From NCBI GenBank assembly GCA_002269645.1, contig NIVC01000512.1:79967-143966 (forward strand): a stretch of 64,000 nucleotides of DNA. The letters run 5' to 3'. This DNA comes from Macrostomum lignano (taxonomy: Eukaryota). Below are positions 11,366 to 27,900 of the stretch, one piece after another. Under the pieces are notes generated by a model, which saw only the letters and a program-made list of their open reading frames with translations, ran no database searches and was not told the origin of the DNA. Numbering within the stretch: position 1 is the stretch's first letter; the number at the start of each line of letters is the position of its first letter. The translations under genes and the position numbers were made by a program.

Positions 11366-13190
11366 GTTTATAGTACTTTTATGCCTACTTTAAAAACTCA
11401 AATCCAATGGGATCTACCCTATGGACTTTTCCAAACTATGGGCCTAGGCTAAGGCTTGTTAAGAATCACAATCAAAATCTGTGATTTTACAATCAGAAGA
11501 ATCATAGTTGTGATTTTTTAATCTAATTGCATTTAATAGCATTTTGCTTATTTACTTTTATTTTAATTTGTAATGTTGTATAGTTTTAGTTTTAGGCCAT
11601 TGAGATTCATATTATAGGCTTAATCCTATTTTTAATAAAAACTTTTTAAATAATCAATGTTAATTTAGTAAGAATTAGTTGCTATTATTTAGCTAATGCA
11701 AGGCCAAAAGTTTTTGCTATTTATTTAGGAGTCTTGTCTTATTATAAAAATTCATGTGTAATACTTGGTTGGCCTACCAAATTATGCTCAAATTTATGTT
11801 CAAATAAGTAATCATTTTAAATTAAAAAGAATATGCTAATAATATATTTTGGTCTTGCTTCATACCATTATAATATAGCCTTAACTTAATGGAATTTAAA
11901 AAAGTCCACTCTTTACTTTAAGAGTTTGACTTAATATCATTTGTCCTTATCATTATCTAAGCTTTGATGTTAACAACCTAGAGCATCTGATGCCTAATGC
12001 TTACTATAGATTATTTAAGTGGTAGTCTATTTATAAAAGTCTATAATAAATGTTCTAAGTTCTTAGCTTTTAGACAGGACCTCTTGCCATAGGCAATGTT
12101 GCTTATAAATTGAAAATCTGTGCTTTGCTTTTGCTAATAAAATTAGCAAAATACTGTTTGTATAAATAGCTTTATTCTTAGCAACAAGTCAATAGTTTTC
12201 TTTTGAAGAAAATAACTCTAGAATTTAATGTGTCTACCATTTCTATACATATACAGAAATCAACTTTGTAAGCTAATGACATCTAAATAAGTATTTAAAA
12301 CTATCTATAAATTTTTCTCTATAAAATTTAGATTGTAATATCTCTAGAATCAAAACCTGATAAAAAGCCTTCTACTGAGTTAGGATTTATATCTTGCAAG
12401 CCCAGCAAGTGGAATGTCTCAACTTTTTTTAAAGCTTGTCTTTACTTTAAAGAAAAATAGTTTTTTTAGATTGCTTAAGATAAGATAAAATATGGATTAA
12501 CCAAAGCCATAGCACAACCAAAGCAAACCAAAATTGCAACAAATCAGCACAGATATTACAAAGTCATATAATAAAATATAGTCAAACAATAGACATAATA
12601 GAACAAAGCTTAAAATCAATAAAAATTATTAGACTTTTTGGCTTTGGAGATTGTAATCAACACTTATTGTACAAGGTTAATTGAGCCTAATAGATGAATT
12701 TCTTGGGAATTGGAGATTTCTTAGAATTGGGGAAGGTATACTTTAACTTGACTACATTGAAGGGCTTAGCAAAACCCCTGGTAATGTGAATGTCCAAGTG
12801 GCAAGACACTGTCTAATCAGTCCAAGGAAGGGGAGGGAAGGGCTATGCAATGGATTAGAGTTGCCTGAGAAACAGGCACACTAATGGGGAATTTCAATAG
12901 CTAATAGGGAGTGCTAGCCTGATATTAAGGTATCTAATAGGGAATTGGATAGAAAAGTAGGGTGCTTAATAATTTGACTGGAGTTTAGCTATGGGCAAGG
13001 CCAGTGTGCATCTGGACAAAGAAGTTGGCAAAAAGCCTCAGGAGGGGGAGGGGTTGGATTGGGCATCCTGGGAAGGGGGAAGGCATGTTCCTAATGAATA
13101 GAATGCTCGCGAGAAAGTAAAGGGCAGATAGGTGCCTTATTGAACAGCAAGTTCTCAGGATAGAAAAGAAAGACCAAACACTGACTCAGG

Positions 13191-16100
13191 CAGGGAAGCC
13201 TCTTTGTTTGCTTTGCTCACCAGGAAGCGACACTGAAATCGTGCCTATACAAGTTGAGTCTCGTTTTTCTTTCCTAGACTACACAAGAACCCACTTATTT
13301 CAGTGCGCTCAGTATGAGAAAGTGTATAAATTGATACCTGTTTGTTTAGAAAATAAAAGGCTGCAATTAAAAATTATACAACAAATAAATGAAACTGAAA
13401 AAATTAAAAATTGTCATTAAATATTATATACAAAAAGGAAAAATCTGAGCTTCCCTCATTAAAACGCATATTAAACAGCTAACTCGAACTCTTGCTAGAA
13501 AGCTTGGACGCCTTACAATTCATCACTTTCTGGTTCTTCGCCTTCTCATTGTTTGTCTCATTGACAAAATTCTTTAGATAAATCCGGACTGCAGGAATCA
13601 AGATCCGCGAAGAAAGAGTAGCAGCTGCCTTTCCACAACTGCAAGTCTGGCTTGAAAGGGTCATAAAATCAGTGGATTCACTCACATAGTCCTGGCAGAG
13701 CTCAACAATATTTTGAACTAAATTACCAGAGGTGAGAAGATCAGCAGTTAACAGACCATTATCTCGCAGATGTCCAAACATGAAGTAGGATGCCTTCAAA
13801 AGAAAAAATACGAATTTGCTAGGGCACTTCAGACTGCCTTGGTCACGCATTTGAATCAGGGCAAAGTCATCAGCACAATCCTCTTTGGCAAAAAACTCCA
13901 AGTAATCATTAGTAAGTAGAAGATTCTTGCAGTCAGTGCACTTCAGCTAGCCGCATAGAGCTTTAGACACGTAGCCACCAAGATAGGAACAAATGTTTCG
14001 GTCACTAGATGTAAGAGCAGCATCAAGATGCTGGAGACCTAGAAGTTTCACGGATAAGAGTGGATTAAAAAAACTCTGATGAACTTGCCTGGTCAAGATT
14101 TTTTAAATCTTTTAGTCCAAGGCCATGACACTGAAGCAGGCTAGAAATGCAAATTTTCTTCTCAGCTTAAAGGATCTGCTAGACAGAAACAAAATAGTTG
14201 CCTCCATGAAACTGGCAGTAGCAACCAAAGCGCCGCTCAATCCAGTCACTGACTATCCTACCTGTCAAAACAGAGGGAAATATATACCTACAGAAAAGGT
14301 GCTCGGAAAGATCAGCAAGAGTGAGATAGCAGGACTTAACAGCAAGGAAAGTGGGAGCAGTCAAGCTGGGCAACTTCGAATCCTCCCCACGTTGGAAGAA
14401 AGCGGCAAACTGGCGCAGCTTGTTGAGGCGGTGATCGTTTGGCACCAGTGGAGCGGCGTTGGAAAGCCGCTTTTCCTTCGCTTTCCTAGTGGTCTTGACA
14501 TTCCAGATTGTCCACATGTTAAGAATGAGCACTAGGAAAGCTAACAAACCAGAGGAAAAACTATAGAACTTTGCTGCTTCTACAGTAGACTCACTGAAGA
14601 TGCTGGCTGCATGCTGAACATTAGTCTTCTCCAGGTTTGTTGGATTCAAGGACCTTGTATTCAGTTGAAAGGCAATCCGAGCTGGTTGCCCAAGTTCTTG
14701 CTCATGAAGTTTGTGCAAATTGCAGAAATCTGCTGTTTGGATTTTCTGGGGATCGTGAAGTCCGGAAACTGAAACACCTGGTGCGAAATCCAATTGTTCA
14801 AGATGTTCTTAAAGTTGTGTACAGGGTCAAAGAGAAAGAACAGTGGCTCACCAGACACTGGATTTGGAATTGATGATTGAGCTTGCCTTTGCATAGAAGA
14901 CCCTGAAAGAGGCTCCTATTCACTGCATTGTTGTCAACAATGCACACCACTGGCTTCAGGTGAACCCTATCAAGCAGAGCAAGACTGTCAGTGAGGTGAT
15001 TTTGCAAGTCCAGAGCACTAAGCCTACTTTTTGGAATAAGAGAAATTACTACCTAGAAGTCTCCATGCAGCGACTTGATCAAAAAAGTGCACACAGTTTT
15101 GGCGAGCTCATTGGTTTCTGCGTCAATGCCAAATACCTTGCCTCCACTGAATTCCATTTGCTTCAACAAATAAATTTTGTCAATTGCAAGAAACACTACC
15201 CTCTCAGACTCAGGCAGGCTGTCAACTTTTAGCTTGAGATAATATTCGGTAGCCTTGATATCAGGGTCATTGCTCAATCTGGAAGAAAGCCTCTGCAGAT
15301 GCCTAACACTTGGGAGGTTGACTGTGTTGGATTTCTGAATGAAATTGTACGCTGATGGGCTGTGGTGCTGCAACAGGTATGAAAAAGCTAGTAGCTTGCT
15401 AGAGTATGTTAGCTTCCCTTCTTCAAACTCAAAAAGCTTAGCTGCTCAACAAGAAAATTCAGTTTAGCAAAGCAGCCTCCTCAATGCATGTATCTAGCTC
15501 TTGATCACTCTTGACTTCTATCTTAGCTAGTAAGAGGTGCTCCTCATAACCATGCCAGCAATCTTCCAAACGGACATTTTTTAGCCTAGCTAGGATGTTT
15601 TCAAGTTGGGCAAAGTTTTAAGACTGCTGTCAGCTGCCAGATCTCCAGCAAAAGAGGCTTGCTTATCACCACCAACTGTGACCTCAAACAGCAGCTCTTG
15701 GCCAACATTCAGCGATGTGGCAATCTCCAAGTTGTTGGCACCGGACATTCTAGTTGTAAAAAAGGTTACACTCAATTTAGAGATCACCTTGAAAAAGCAC
15801 CTTAGATGATCTGGTAGATCATATGACACAATAGCGTGGAAGTCAGAAATCACATCCTTTTGTAGAAGCTCCTCTGCTTCTACCTTGCAATGCTGAATGT
15901 CGTTCTCTCAATGGCTCTCAGCCAATGTACAAACCATTTGCCTCTCTTCCGGGATGGGATGGCCTTGCTCAAGTAGGATGCAATATATAGGAAGATGCAC
16001 GGCACAGCATCATTTGTCAGATGCCAGTTTTTCAGCTTAGCAGTAGTAGTCAATGGATTGTCAGATGCTGGCCTTTTGCGATTTAGGTTGGAATCCATAG

Positions 16101-16623
16101 AGACAGTCACAAAGAACTTAACTGGAAAATGCAGAGAGCAAACCTGATAGTTGTGACTTGGGTTAGACCGTAGCTTATACAGCTCGGCCTCAGTCCATTG
16201 TCAAGGAATTGTAGCAATCCACTTGTTTAGCAGATCCAGATTCTCGGTAGAAGGAAACTTGTGGATGGAAACAGTCGGGTCCTTCTTATACCAAGGCAAA
16301 TTAGTAACACAAGCTGGAACATAGCACTTGTATCCCATGATGTATTATGCAAATGTTCGATTAAAAAATTAGAGTATAGAAAATCAGAGAATTGCTCAGA
16401 GTGAGTTGATATCAGTTGTTTTTTTCTGCCTAAATGATATCCTGCAAGAGAAAATATAGGCATAACATAGAAAAGATATGAGTAATTCAGTGTATAGTAA
16501 ACAAAGGACAAAAATTCTTTGCTACCCAAGTTCCCAAAACGAGACTAAACTTGTAGAAGAGGTGGGGAGGGGCCATGTGAGTGTCACTTCCTGGTGAGCA
16601 AAGCAAACAAAGAGGCTTCCCTG
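13191..16623 (-). mobile_element. P-element (THAP9-like) DNA transposon, full length with TIRs
   Basis: 44-bp TIRs CAGGGAAGCCTCTTTGTTTGCTTTGCTCACCAGGAAG(C/T)GACACT at 13191-13234 and 16580-16623 (1 mismatch); degenerate 7-bp TSD actcagg / actcggc. Confidence 0.92.
13479..16338 (-). pseudogene. THAP-domain P-element transposase, disrupted
   Basis: MGYKCYVPAC..HKFP..KW..VCSLHF..DAVPCIF (THAP C2CH); AIDKIY, IVDNNAVN, FDPVHNFKNILNNW, KTNVQHAASIFS, SDWIERRFG; multiple stops and frameshifts. Confidence 0.9.
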
Positions 16624-18863
16624 ACTCGGCTATTTTTAATGGAATTGGTGCTCAACTTGAGGCCTATGAACAAGTTCCAGTTTGCTAATAGTGAGCAAGT
16701 CTAAGGTAACCAGGAGGCAAGATGCTTTTCTGTCATATATTTTTGCTCGTATATATATATGGTTTTTAGCCAATGTTAGGTTTTGTTTTTTAGGTTAGTT
16801 AGACAATGCTATTAAGGTTGTAGCACTTATGCAAAAGCAAAAATTTGATTGGCACCTTTTGTCTATTAGGCTAAGATTTGGGAGTGAAAACAGATACATT
16901 ATATATCTCATACATATCCACAACTATTAAACTTGAAATAAAATTTGATATTTGAATTTGAACAATACAAACAGTAGATACTAACTAGAAAATGCAAAAA
17001 GTCCACATATAATTTCAATTTCTTTATTAATTTAATTGCAACCTGATTGCCATCTGCCTAATAGATAGCCAAGTAGATGTGGCTAAAGCCATCTGTCCTA
17101 ACTACTAAATAATCTTGCATTGTGTATCAGCTTGTCCAATGGCTCAATAACTGGTACTTCTTCTATTGAGATATAGATATAGTCACATAATACATTTGTA
17201 AATAGTCACAAAATGCTGTTCATGAAAAAGTAGTGAATAATTATAAAATATAAAAAATCTACCATTCTGGTATGGATATCTATAATAATGATGACTATAA
17301 CCATTTGAGTCAAACTGATACTGATTATGATAAGTCAAATATCAAAGTATTGCATGCATTTTCATTTACTATCAGAGCTAACTAAAATCTGTAGCAGTTA
17401 TATTGTTGTAGCATTGCATATCAACAATATTAGCTATGTTGCACATCAACCATAGAGTGGCCAAATATCTAAATAGCATTTTTTGCATAATATCATATTG
17501 CAAAACATGGCAAAACATGATTCATCAACATTCCTGCAACATTGCAGCAATATACCTTGCAAAGTGAGAATGATATAAACCTATACTTCAAAGCACAACA
17601 TAAACCTAAAGTTCATGCAATAAATTGTGTCTTTGCAAATAAAGCTTTATATTTTTGGCTACTAGCCAAACAAACAAACAAACAAACAAACAAACATCTC
17701 ACAAAGCACATTCTCCCTAGAGAGACTGATAATTATATAATTTAACCAACAAATCAATTTTTCTAGATAAATAGAGTGGGTGCTGCTGAACATATTAGAA
17801 ATGGGGACTGGGACTGAAATGTGCATTTACAAAGAATAATGGTATGATGAACAGTATGGGTAGGTGAATTGATACAAGTACATGTAAATGAAGCCCTCTC
17901 CTAAACATTATTTATAATCTTTTATAGAAAGATCAAGGTACATGATCTATTTTTATTGGTAATGCTTTTGTTATAAACAGCTAAAACAAAGTTGTAGAAC
18001 AACCTTTAAAAGAATAATAGATCCACCAACATATGTCAAAAATGACTTTCGTGGTTCATTTTAGAGTTTTAGAGTTTTCTTAGGAGTTTGTCCATGATAA
18101 CCTTTATAGTTTTCTAGTATAGGTCTATGGCTATTATTTTTTATCTATGCCTAATGCAAATTTAGTTTTATATTTCATTTTAGTTAAAAGTAAGAGGTGT
18201 TTTATTTTGTTAGGACACTTCTGCTCTGGCTATTCAGAATTTTCTATGTAGTTGATTGGCCTTTTAGGACTGTTCTATTGTAACATTTTTCTTTGTTTTG
18301 ATTTCTTCTCAAAATGAATCATTAGCCTTATAAATAGAAAAGTTAAAATATCTCCTGGAGAACCGGCCTAATTATCCTAGCCATAATACATTTGGCAACA
18401 ATGTTATATATTAATATAGCTATCAAGAAGGCAGCTTTTATTGCCTATTTTGCTGCTTCCACTTTGCCTTATAACACATACACATAATATAGCATATATA
18501 GATGCCATTTTCTTGAATAATACTATGAAAATTGTGATAGAAATTTGAAATGATATGCCTTGCTAGTTTACCTTCTATGCTAGGCCTAGTCTTCGGAATA
18601 AGGTCCAATGACTACTTTGTCTTAGGAGAAAATTCCTTCTTTTGTCAAGCATCTTTAATAAACAAGGCTTATTTGTATGTCTAAAAGAAGGAATACTTGG
18701 AATTTTTATACACGTGGAAAAGTTATACATGTAGTCTATACATTGCTATAGATAAATATTCGTTTTAATTATTCACGACACAGCAGTTACTTACAGCTGA
18801 CCGTTGGCAGGTAGAAATTTTTGTAATCTTGACAGCCGTCTTTCTTCTCTTATTTGCCGCCAG

Positions 18864-21320
<2,457 letters not shown>

Positions 21321-21955
21321 ACAGCAGCATTTTTGACATTGTCATCTCCTGTGTTTTTTGACCTTTGAATTGTTGCTTGTGATTTTGAATTGTTGCTTGT
21401 GACCTGGAATCGTCGTCTGACCTTGAATTGTCATTTGTGACTTGTTCGTTTGCAACATTCAATAGTCGCCACCGTTCTCCTTAAATATTGTAGGCAATTT
21501 TCATTTCTAACAATTGCTTACTTACAGCGAAATCGCTTGAAAAGAGCATTTTGCTCTTTAGGATTCCGCTTCATAACGAATAGTTAGTTTGCATTTTACG
21601 GAAACACCAGCATTGCAAAGTCGTTTGTTGTTTTTTTTCTTGTTGTAATCGCCTGCTTACTTCAATTCTCTTATTCGTGTCTTTATCAATTTATAAATAG
21701 CAAGCAAGTGCGCAAATACAGTCTGCACTAAGGCCAGTGGCCGCTTGTGTATGTTGGCTTGTAAATCCGGTTCTCAAAATCTCCGCTTTTAATTGCGAAA
21801 CAAAATAATAATTAAACTGTCTTAAAAACACTTTGCAACAGTTAATTTTTTTTTCAAAAATTTACGAAATCATGAGAAATCGCGTGTATTTCATACCAAA
21901 CAGTACAATATGAAAATGCGAATGTTAATCTGCTGTAGAATCAGCAGGTGATTGC

Positions 21956-24900
21956 TTAATGATCGCCGCTCTGACTTCGCTCCAGTAGCAGTTCGCTCTG
22001 ATCACTGATCAGCTCGTGCGCTTCGGCCAGTTTCACCTTCAGCTCCTGTGGGATTTGCAGAGCTGGAGAAGTTTAGACCCACAACTGAGGGGCAAGTAGT
22101 TACAGTGTGCTCATTCCGAGTGCGCAGGCCCTGCTCTCTCATTGTAGATAGAGAGAATGAAAATGCTAAAATCATCGAAGACTTGACACAAGGCAGAATA
22201 CGAGCGTACAACTGAATCGAACCCGCGACTTTGGCGCGAGTCAGGCGCGCTGACCATTGCGCTACTCGATCTGCCCCCCCCCCCCCCCTCTGATGAAGAA
22301 GTTTGGTATTAAGCACAGATACTAGAATAACTAGATGGGCAACTCAGCACATTTGCGTGCAGTGCAAGCTACTTTCAGTTCAGTAGCAAGTTAAGCAGCA
22401 TTTTAATGTATTTTTAAAGCCAAGGCCTATTTATTGGCCCTTACCCCCCCCCCAAGCTTAAACCCTCCAAACGCGCCTTACCACACAAACCTCTACCCCC
22501 GCTCCGCCCCAATTTTTATTGCCTTTCTTGGAAGTCCAGCCTAAAGCTGCCATGTACATTTCAGTGGACTGGCCAATGTACATTATGGCTGAACCAATTA
22601 GCAAGCTGTTTACGCCTGCAAGCTTGGGCTTCTAAACTTATCAGTCTTTCAGCTGCCTTATCTTTATAAAATAGCTTATGTATTCTTCTTTGCTACTGAA
22701 CTAAAAGTAGGAAGCTGTTTTACTAAGTATATATGCTGCCTGAGTGGCCCATCTAGTTATTTTAGTATCTGTGGTATTAAGACAAGACTAATGAGCTGTG
22801 CTACTCGTATATTAGGATCTTACATTCCAGACTCCACCATCGGGCACAGCTCCACTCACCTCAATTTTGGTGTCCTGCTCTTGCACTTGCTTTGTCAGGT
22901 ATGAAATCTGAAATGATTTATTGGGTTTCATCATGATCTAAAGAGGCGGGTAATGCACATCTACAAAGCAGGGACGAGTTCTACTCACCGTGAGGCGCTG
23001 TTCATTATTGACGGACTGGTAGTGCTCAGTCTCGCTGTCCTGGGCTAGTACTCTGGCGGCGGTCATGCCCAGCCGAGTCTGCAGCGACGCGGCGCGACGG
23101 CACTCGTCCTCGATGCGCGAGTTGGCCAGCTGTTCGAAGCAGCGGTAGTGCGACTGGATTCGCTGCTGGGCGGCGCAGCGCTTGGCCAGCGCTTTGGCTA
23201 AAAAGGGTAGGCGGGCGCATCGGCGGGGAGGCTTCACAAGCGCTACCGCTAACTCACCTACTTTCACAAGCGCTAAACTTCACAATAGCTACAAATTCGC
23301 CAACTACTTTCACAAACGCTAAATTTCACAAGCGCTAAACTTCACATTAGCTACGAATTTGTCACCTACTTTCACAAGCGCTAAACTTCATAACCGCTAA
23401 CTCACTTACTTTCACAAGCGCTAAACTTCACAATAGCTACAAATTCGCCAACTACTTTCACAAACGCTAAATTTCACAAGCGCTAAACTTCACATTAGCT
23501 ACGAATTTGTCACCTACTTTCACAAGCGCTAAACTTCATAACCGCTAACTCACTTACTTTCACAAGCGCTAAACTTCACAATAGCTACAAATTCGCCAAC
23601 TACTTTCACAAACGCTAAATTTCACAAGCGCTAAACTTCACATTAGCTACGAATTTGTCACCTACTTTCACAAGCGCTAAACTTCATAACCGCTAACTCA
23701 CTTACTTTCACAAGCGCTAAACTTCACAAGCACTAAACTTCACAGTAGCTACAAATTCACCACCTACTTTCACAAACGCTAAATTTCACAAGCGCTAAAC
23801 TTCAGAATAGCGAAACCACCTACTTTCACAAGCGCTAAACTTCACATTAGCTACGAATTTGTCACCTACTTTCACAACCGCTAACCTTTACAATCCCCAA
23901 AACACGAATGTCGGTTTCTTTTACAAGCGCTAAAATGTTAATTTACTATATATACTAATATACTAATACTAATATACTATACTAATACACTAATATACTA
24001 TTTTAGCGCTTTTGAAAGTAGCCGACATTCGTATTTTAGCGGTTTTTAACGTTTAGCAGTTGTGAAGTTTAGCGTTTGTGAAGTTTAGCGCTTGTGAAAG
24101 TAGGCGACATTTGTGTTTTAGCGGTTGTGAAGCTTAGCTAATGTGAAGTTTAGCGCTTGTGAAAGTAGGCGACATTTGTGTTTTAGCGGTTGTGAAGTTT
24201 ACCGCTTGTGAAATTTAGCGTTTGTAAAAGTAGGTGGCGGATTTGTAGCTATTATGAAGTTTAGCGCTTGTGAAAGTAGTGGTTTCGCTATTCTGAAGTT
24301 TAGCGCTTGTGAAGTTTAGCGCTTGTGAAAGTAGTGGTTTCGCTATTCTGAAGTTTAGCGCTTGTGAAGTTTAGCGCTTGTGAAAGTAGTGGTTTCGCTA
24401 TTCTGAAGTTTAGCGCTTGTGAAAGTAGTGGTTTCGCTATTCGGAAGTTTAGCGCTTGTGAAGTTTAGCGCTTGTGAAAGTAGTGGTTTCGCTATTCTGA
24501 AGTTTAGCGCTTGTGAAGTTTAGCGCTTGTGAAAGTAGTGGTTTCGCTATTCTGAAGTTTAGCGCTTGTGAAAGTAGTGGTTTCGCTATTCTGAAGTTTA
24601 GCGCTTGTGAAAGTAGTGGTTTCGCTATTCTGAAGTTTAGCGCTTGTGAAAGTAGTGGTTTCGCTATTCTGAAGTTTAGCGCTTGTGAAAGTAGTGGTTT
24701 CGCTATTCTGAAGTTTAGCGCTTGTGAAAGTAGTGGTTTCGCTATTCTGAAGTTTAGCGCTTGTGAAAGTAGTGGTTTCGCTATTCTGAAGTTTAGCGCT
24801 TGTGAAAGTAGTGGTTTCGCTATTCTGAAGTTTAGCGCTTGTGAAAGTAGTGGTTTCGCTATTCTGAAGTTTAGCGCTTGTGAAAGTAGTGGTTTCGCTA

Positions 24901-27900
24901 TTCTGAAGTTTAGCGCTTGTGAAAGTAGTGGTTTCGCTATTCTGAAGTTTAGCGCTTGTGAAAGTAGTGGTTTCGCTATTCTGAAGTTTAGCGCTTGTGA
25001 AAGTAGTGGTTTCGCTATTCTGAAGTTTAGCGCTTGTGAAAGTAGTGGTTTCGCTATTCTGAAGTTTAGCGCTTGTGAAAGTAGTGGTTTCGCTATTCTG
25101 AAGTTTAGCGCTTGTGAAAGTAGTGGTTTCGCTATTCTGAAGTTTAGCGCTTGTGAAAGTAGTGGTTTCGCTATTCTGAAGTTTAGCGCTTGTGAAAGTA
25201 GTCGGCAAATTTTTAGCTATTATGAAGTTTAGCGGTTATGAAAATTAGCGCTTGTGAAAGCGACCCGAGCGCATCGGAACAGGCATTTTTCTATCATGAT
25301 AGGTGGATACCGCGAGTTTTTCTCGCCCAGTTTTGTCCAACGCTATGCAGCGTTTGGCGCTATGCAAAATCTGAACAACCAAACTGTATTTTGGTTGTTG
25401 GTTCTCCGATCAAGGGCGACTGAAGTAGAAGTACGGAAATTTACGTTGCTTGAAAAATTTTAGGAGGCAGTTTTTACTGAAAAATACATTGTTGTGAAAC
25501 GAGGGTGAAAAGCGTATGCTTACCGCGGATCAGCCCGGGGAGGGGCTCTGCTGCTGGATATATGGGCCCATACTACCAGGGGCATAAAGCTATAAGAAAG
25601 CAAGATATATCAAATTTAGTGCTAAAAACTGAAAAGCGAAGACCAGGCTCCAGTAAAATTGGCACGACTAGCGAGAGTAGCGACCTTCTACTTCAGTTCC
25701 TTCAGCTCCAGGGGTTCGATTACATTCATGACCAAATTTGGGGCTTATGCACGATTTTTTTTTGACGTACGGACCGAACCTACAAGGCACATAGTGTGTA
25801 CACTGCCTGACAATTCGAAAGTCGGGGCCTTTGTACATCGTGGGATGTACAATCATGTGCGCATCCCACTAACCTGTTGGTTTGGTGCCAATAGACCTGA
25901 TAGACACTAGGGCAATCACCTGTTGGTTTGGTGCCAATAGACCTGATAGACACTAGGGCAATCACCTGTTGGTTTGGTGCCAATAGACCTGATAGACACT
26001 AGGGCAATCACCTGTTGGTTTGGTGCCAATAGACCTGATAGACACTAGGGCAATCACCTGTTGGTTTGGTGCCAATAGACCTGATAGACACTAGGGCAAT
26101 CACCTGTTGGTTTGGTGCCAATAGACCTGATAGACACTAGGGCAATCACCTGTTGGTTTGGTGCCAATAGACCTGATAGACACTAGGGCAATCACCTGTT
26201 GGTTTGGTGCCAATAGACCTGATAGACACTAGGGCAATCACCTGTTGGTTTGGTGCCAATAGACCTGATAGACACTAGGGCAATCACCTGTTGGTTTGGT
26301 GCCAATAAACCTGATAGACACTAGGGCAATCACCTGTTGGTTTGGTGCCAATAGACCTGATAGACACTAGGGCAATCACCTGTTGGTTTGGTGCCAATAG
26401 ACCTGATAGACACTAGGGCAATCACCTGTTGGTTTGGTGCCAATAGACCTGATAGACACTAGGGCAATCACCTGTTGGTTTGGTGCCAATAGACCTGATA
26501 GACACTAGGGCAATCACCTGTTGGTTTGGTGCCAATAAACCTGATAGACACTAGGGCAATCACCTGTTGGTTTGGTGCCAATAGACCTGATAGACACTAG
26601 GGCAATCACCTGTTGGTTTGGTGCCAATAGACCTGATAGACACTAGGGCAATCACCTGTTGGTTTGGTGCCAATAGACCTGATAGACACTAGGGCAATCA
26701 CCTGTTGGTTTGGTGCCAATAAACCTGATAGACACTAGGGCAATCACCTGTTGGTTTGGTGCCAATAGACCTGATAGACACTAGGGCAATCACCTGTTGG
26801 TTTGGTGCCAATAGACCTGATAGACACTAGGGCAATCACCTGTTGGTTTGGTGCCAATAGACCTGATAGACACTAGGGCAATCACCTGTTGGTTTGGTGC
26901 CAATAGACCTGATAGACACTAGGGCAATCACCTGTTGGTTTGGTGCCAATAGACCTGATAGACACTAGGGCAATCACCTGTTGGTTTGGTGCCAATAGAC
27001 CTGATAGACACTAGGGCAATCACCTGTTGGTTTGGTGCCAATAAACCTGATAGACACTAGGGCAATCACCTGTTGGTTTGGTGCCAATAGACCTGATAGA
27101 CACTAGGGCAATCACCTGTTGGTTTGGTGCCAATAGACCTGATAGACACTAGGGCAATCACCTGTTGGTTTGGTGCCAATAGACCTGATAGACACTAGGG
27201 CAATCACCTGTTGGTTTGGTGCCAATAGACCTGATAGACACTAGGGCAATCACCTGTTGGTTTGGTGCCAATAAACCTGATAGACACTAGGGCAATCACC
27301 TGTTGGTTTGGTGCCAATAGACCTGATAGACACTAGGGCAATCACCTGTTGGTTTGGTGCCAATAGACCTGATAGACACTAGGGCAATCACCTGTTGGTT
27401 TGGTGCCAATAGACCTGATAGACACTAGGGCAATCACCTGTTGGTTTGGTGCCAATAAACCTGATAGACACTAGGGCAATCACCTGTTGGTTTGGTGCCA
27501 ATAGACCTGATAGACACTAGGGCAATCACCTGTTGGTTTGGTGCCAATAGACCTGATAGACACTAGGGCAATCACCTGTTGGTTTGGTGCCAATAGACCT
27601 GATAGACACTAGGGCAATCACCTGTTGGTTTGGTGCCAATAGACCTGATAGACACTAGGGCAATCACCTGTTGGTTTGGTGCCAATAGACCTGATAGACA
27701 CTAGGGCAATCACCTGTTGGTTTGGTGCCAATAGACCTGATAGACACTAGGGCAATCACCTGTTGGTTTGGTGCCAATAGACCTGATAGACACTAGGGCA
27801 ATCACCTGTTGGTTTGGTGCCAATAGACCTGATAGACACTAGGGCAATCACCTGTTGGTTTGGTGCCAATAGACCTGATAGACACTAGGGCAATCACCTG

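Larger units (their letters stand above)
6846..11442 (-). mobile_element. Internally deleted EnSpm/CACTA-like (CMC) DNA transposon
   Basis: Imperfect termini ccctattggaaaagt (6846) and acttttccaaactatggg (to 11442). Dense subterminal repeats (gcataaaaggtg, tgcacct, aggtacaaaaggtgtcact) at 6860-7300. Contains a transposase C-terminal fragment plus a second gene on the minus strand. Boundaries approximate; TSD not resolved. Confidence 0.55.

Noticed and set aside
555-16623. RIP-like CpA>TpA mutation signature suggested by frequent TAG stops in transposon relics
   Set aside because: CAG>TAG and TGG>TAG are common nonsense routes anyway; this cannot be distinguished by eye without consensus-based spectra.
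22200-22272. Functional tRNA gene
   Set aside because: A and B boxes are present, but the acceptor and T stems do not pair; treated as a SINE head.
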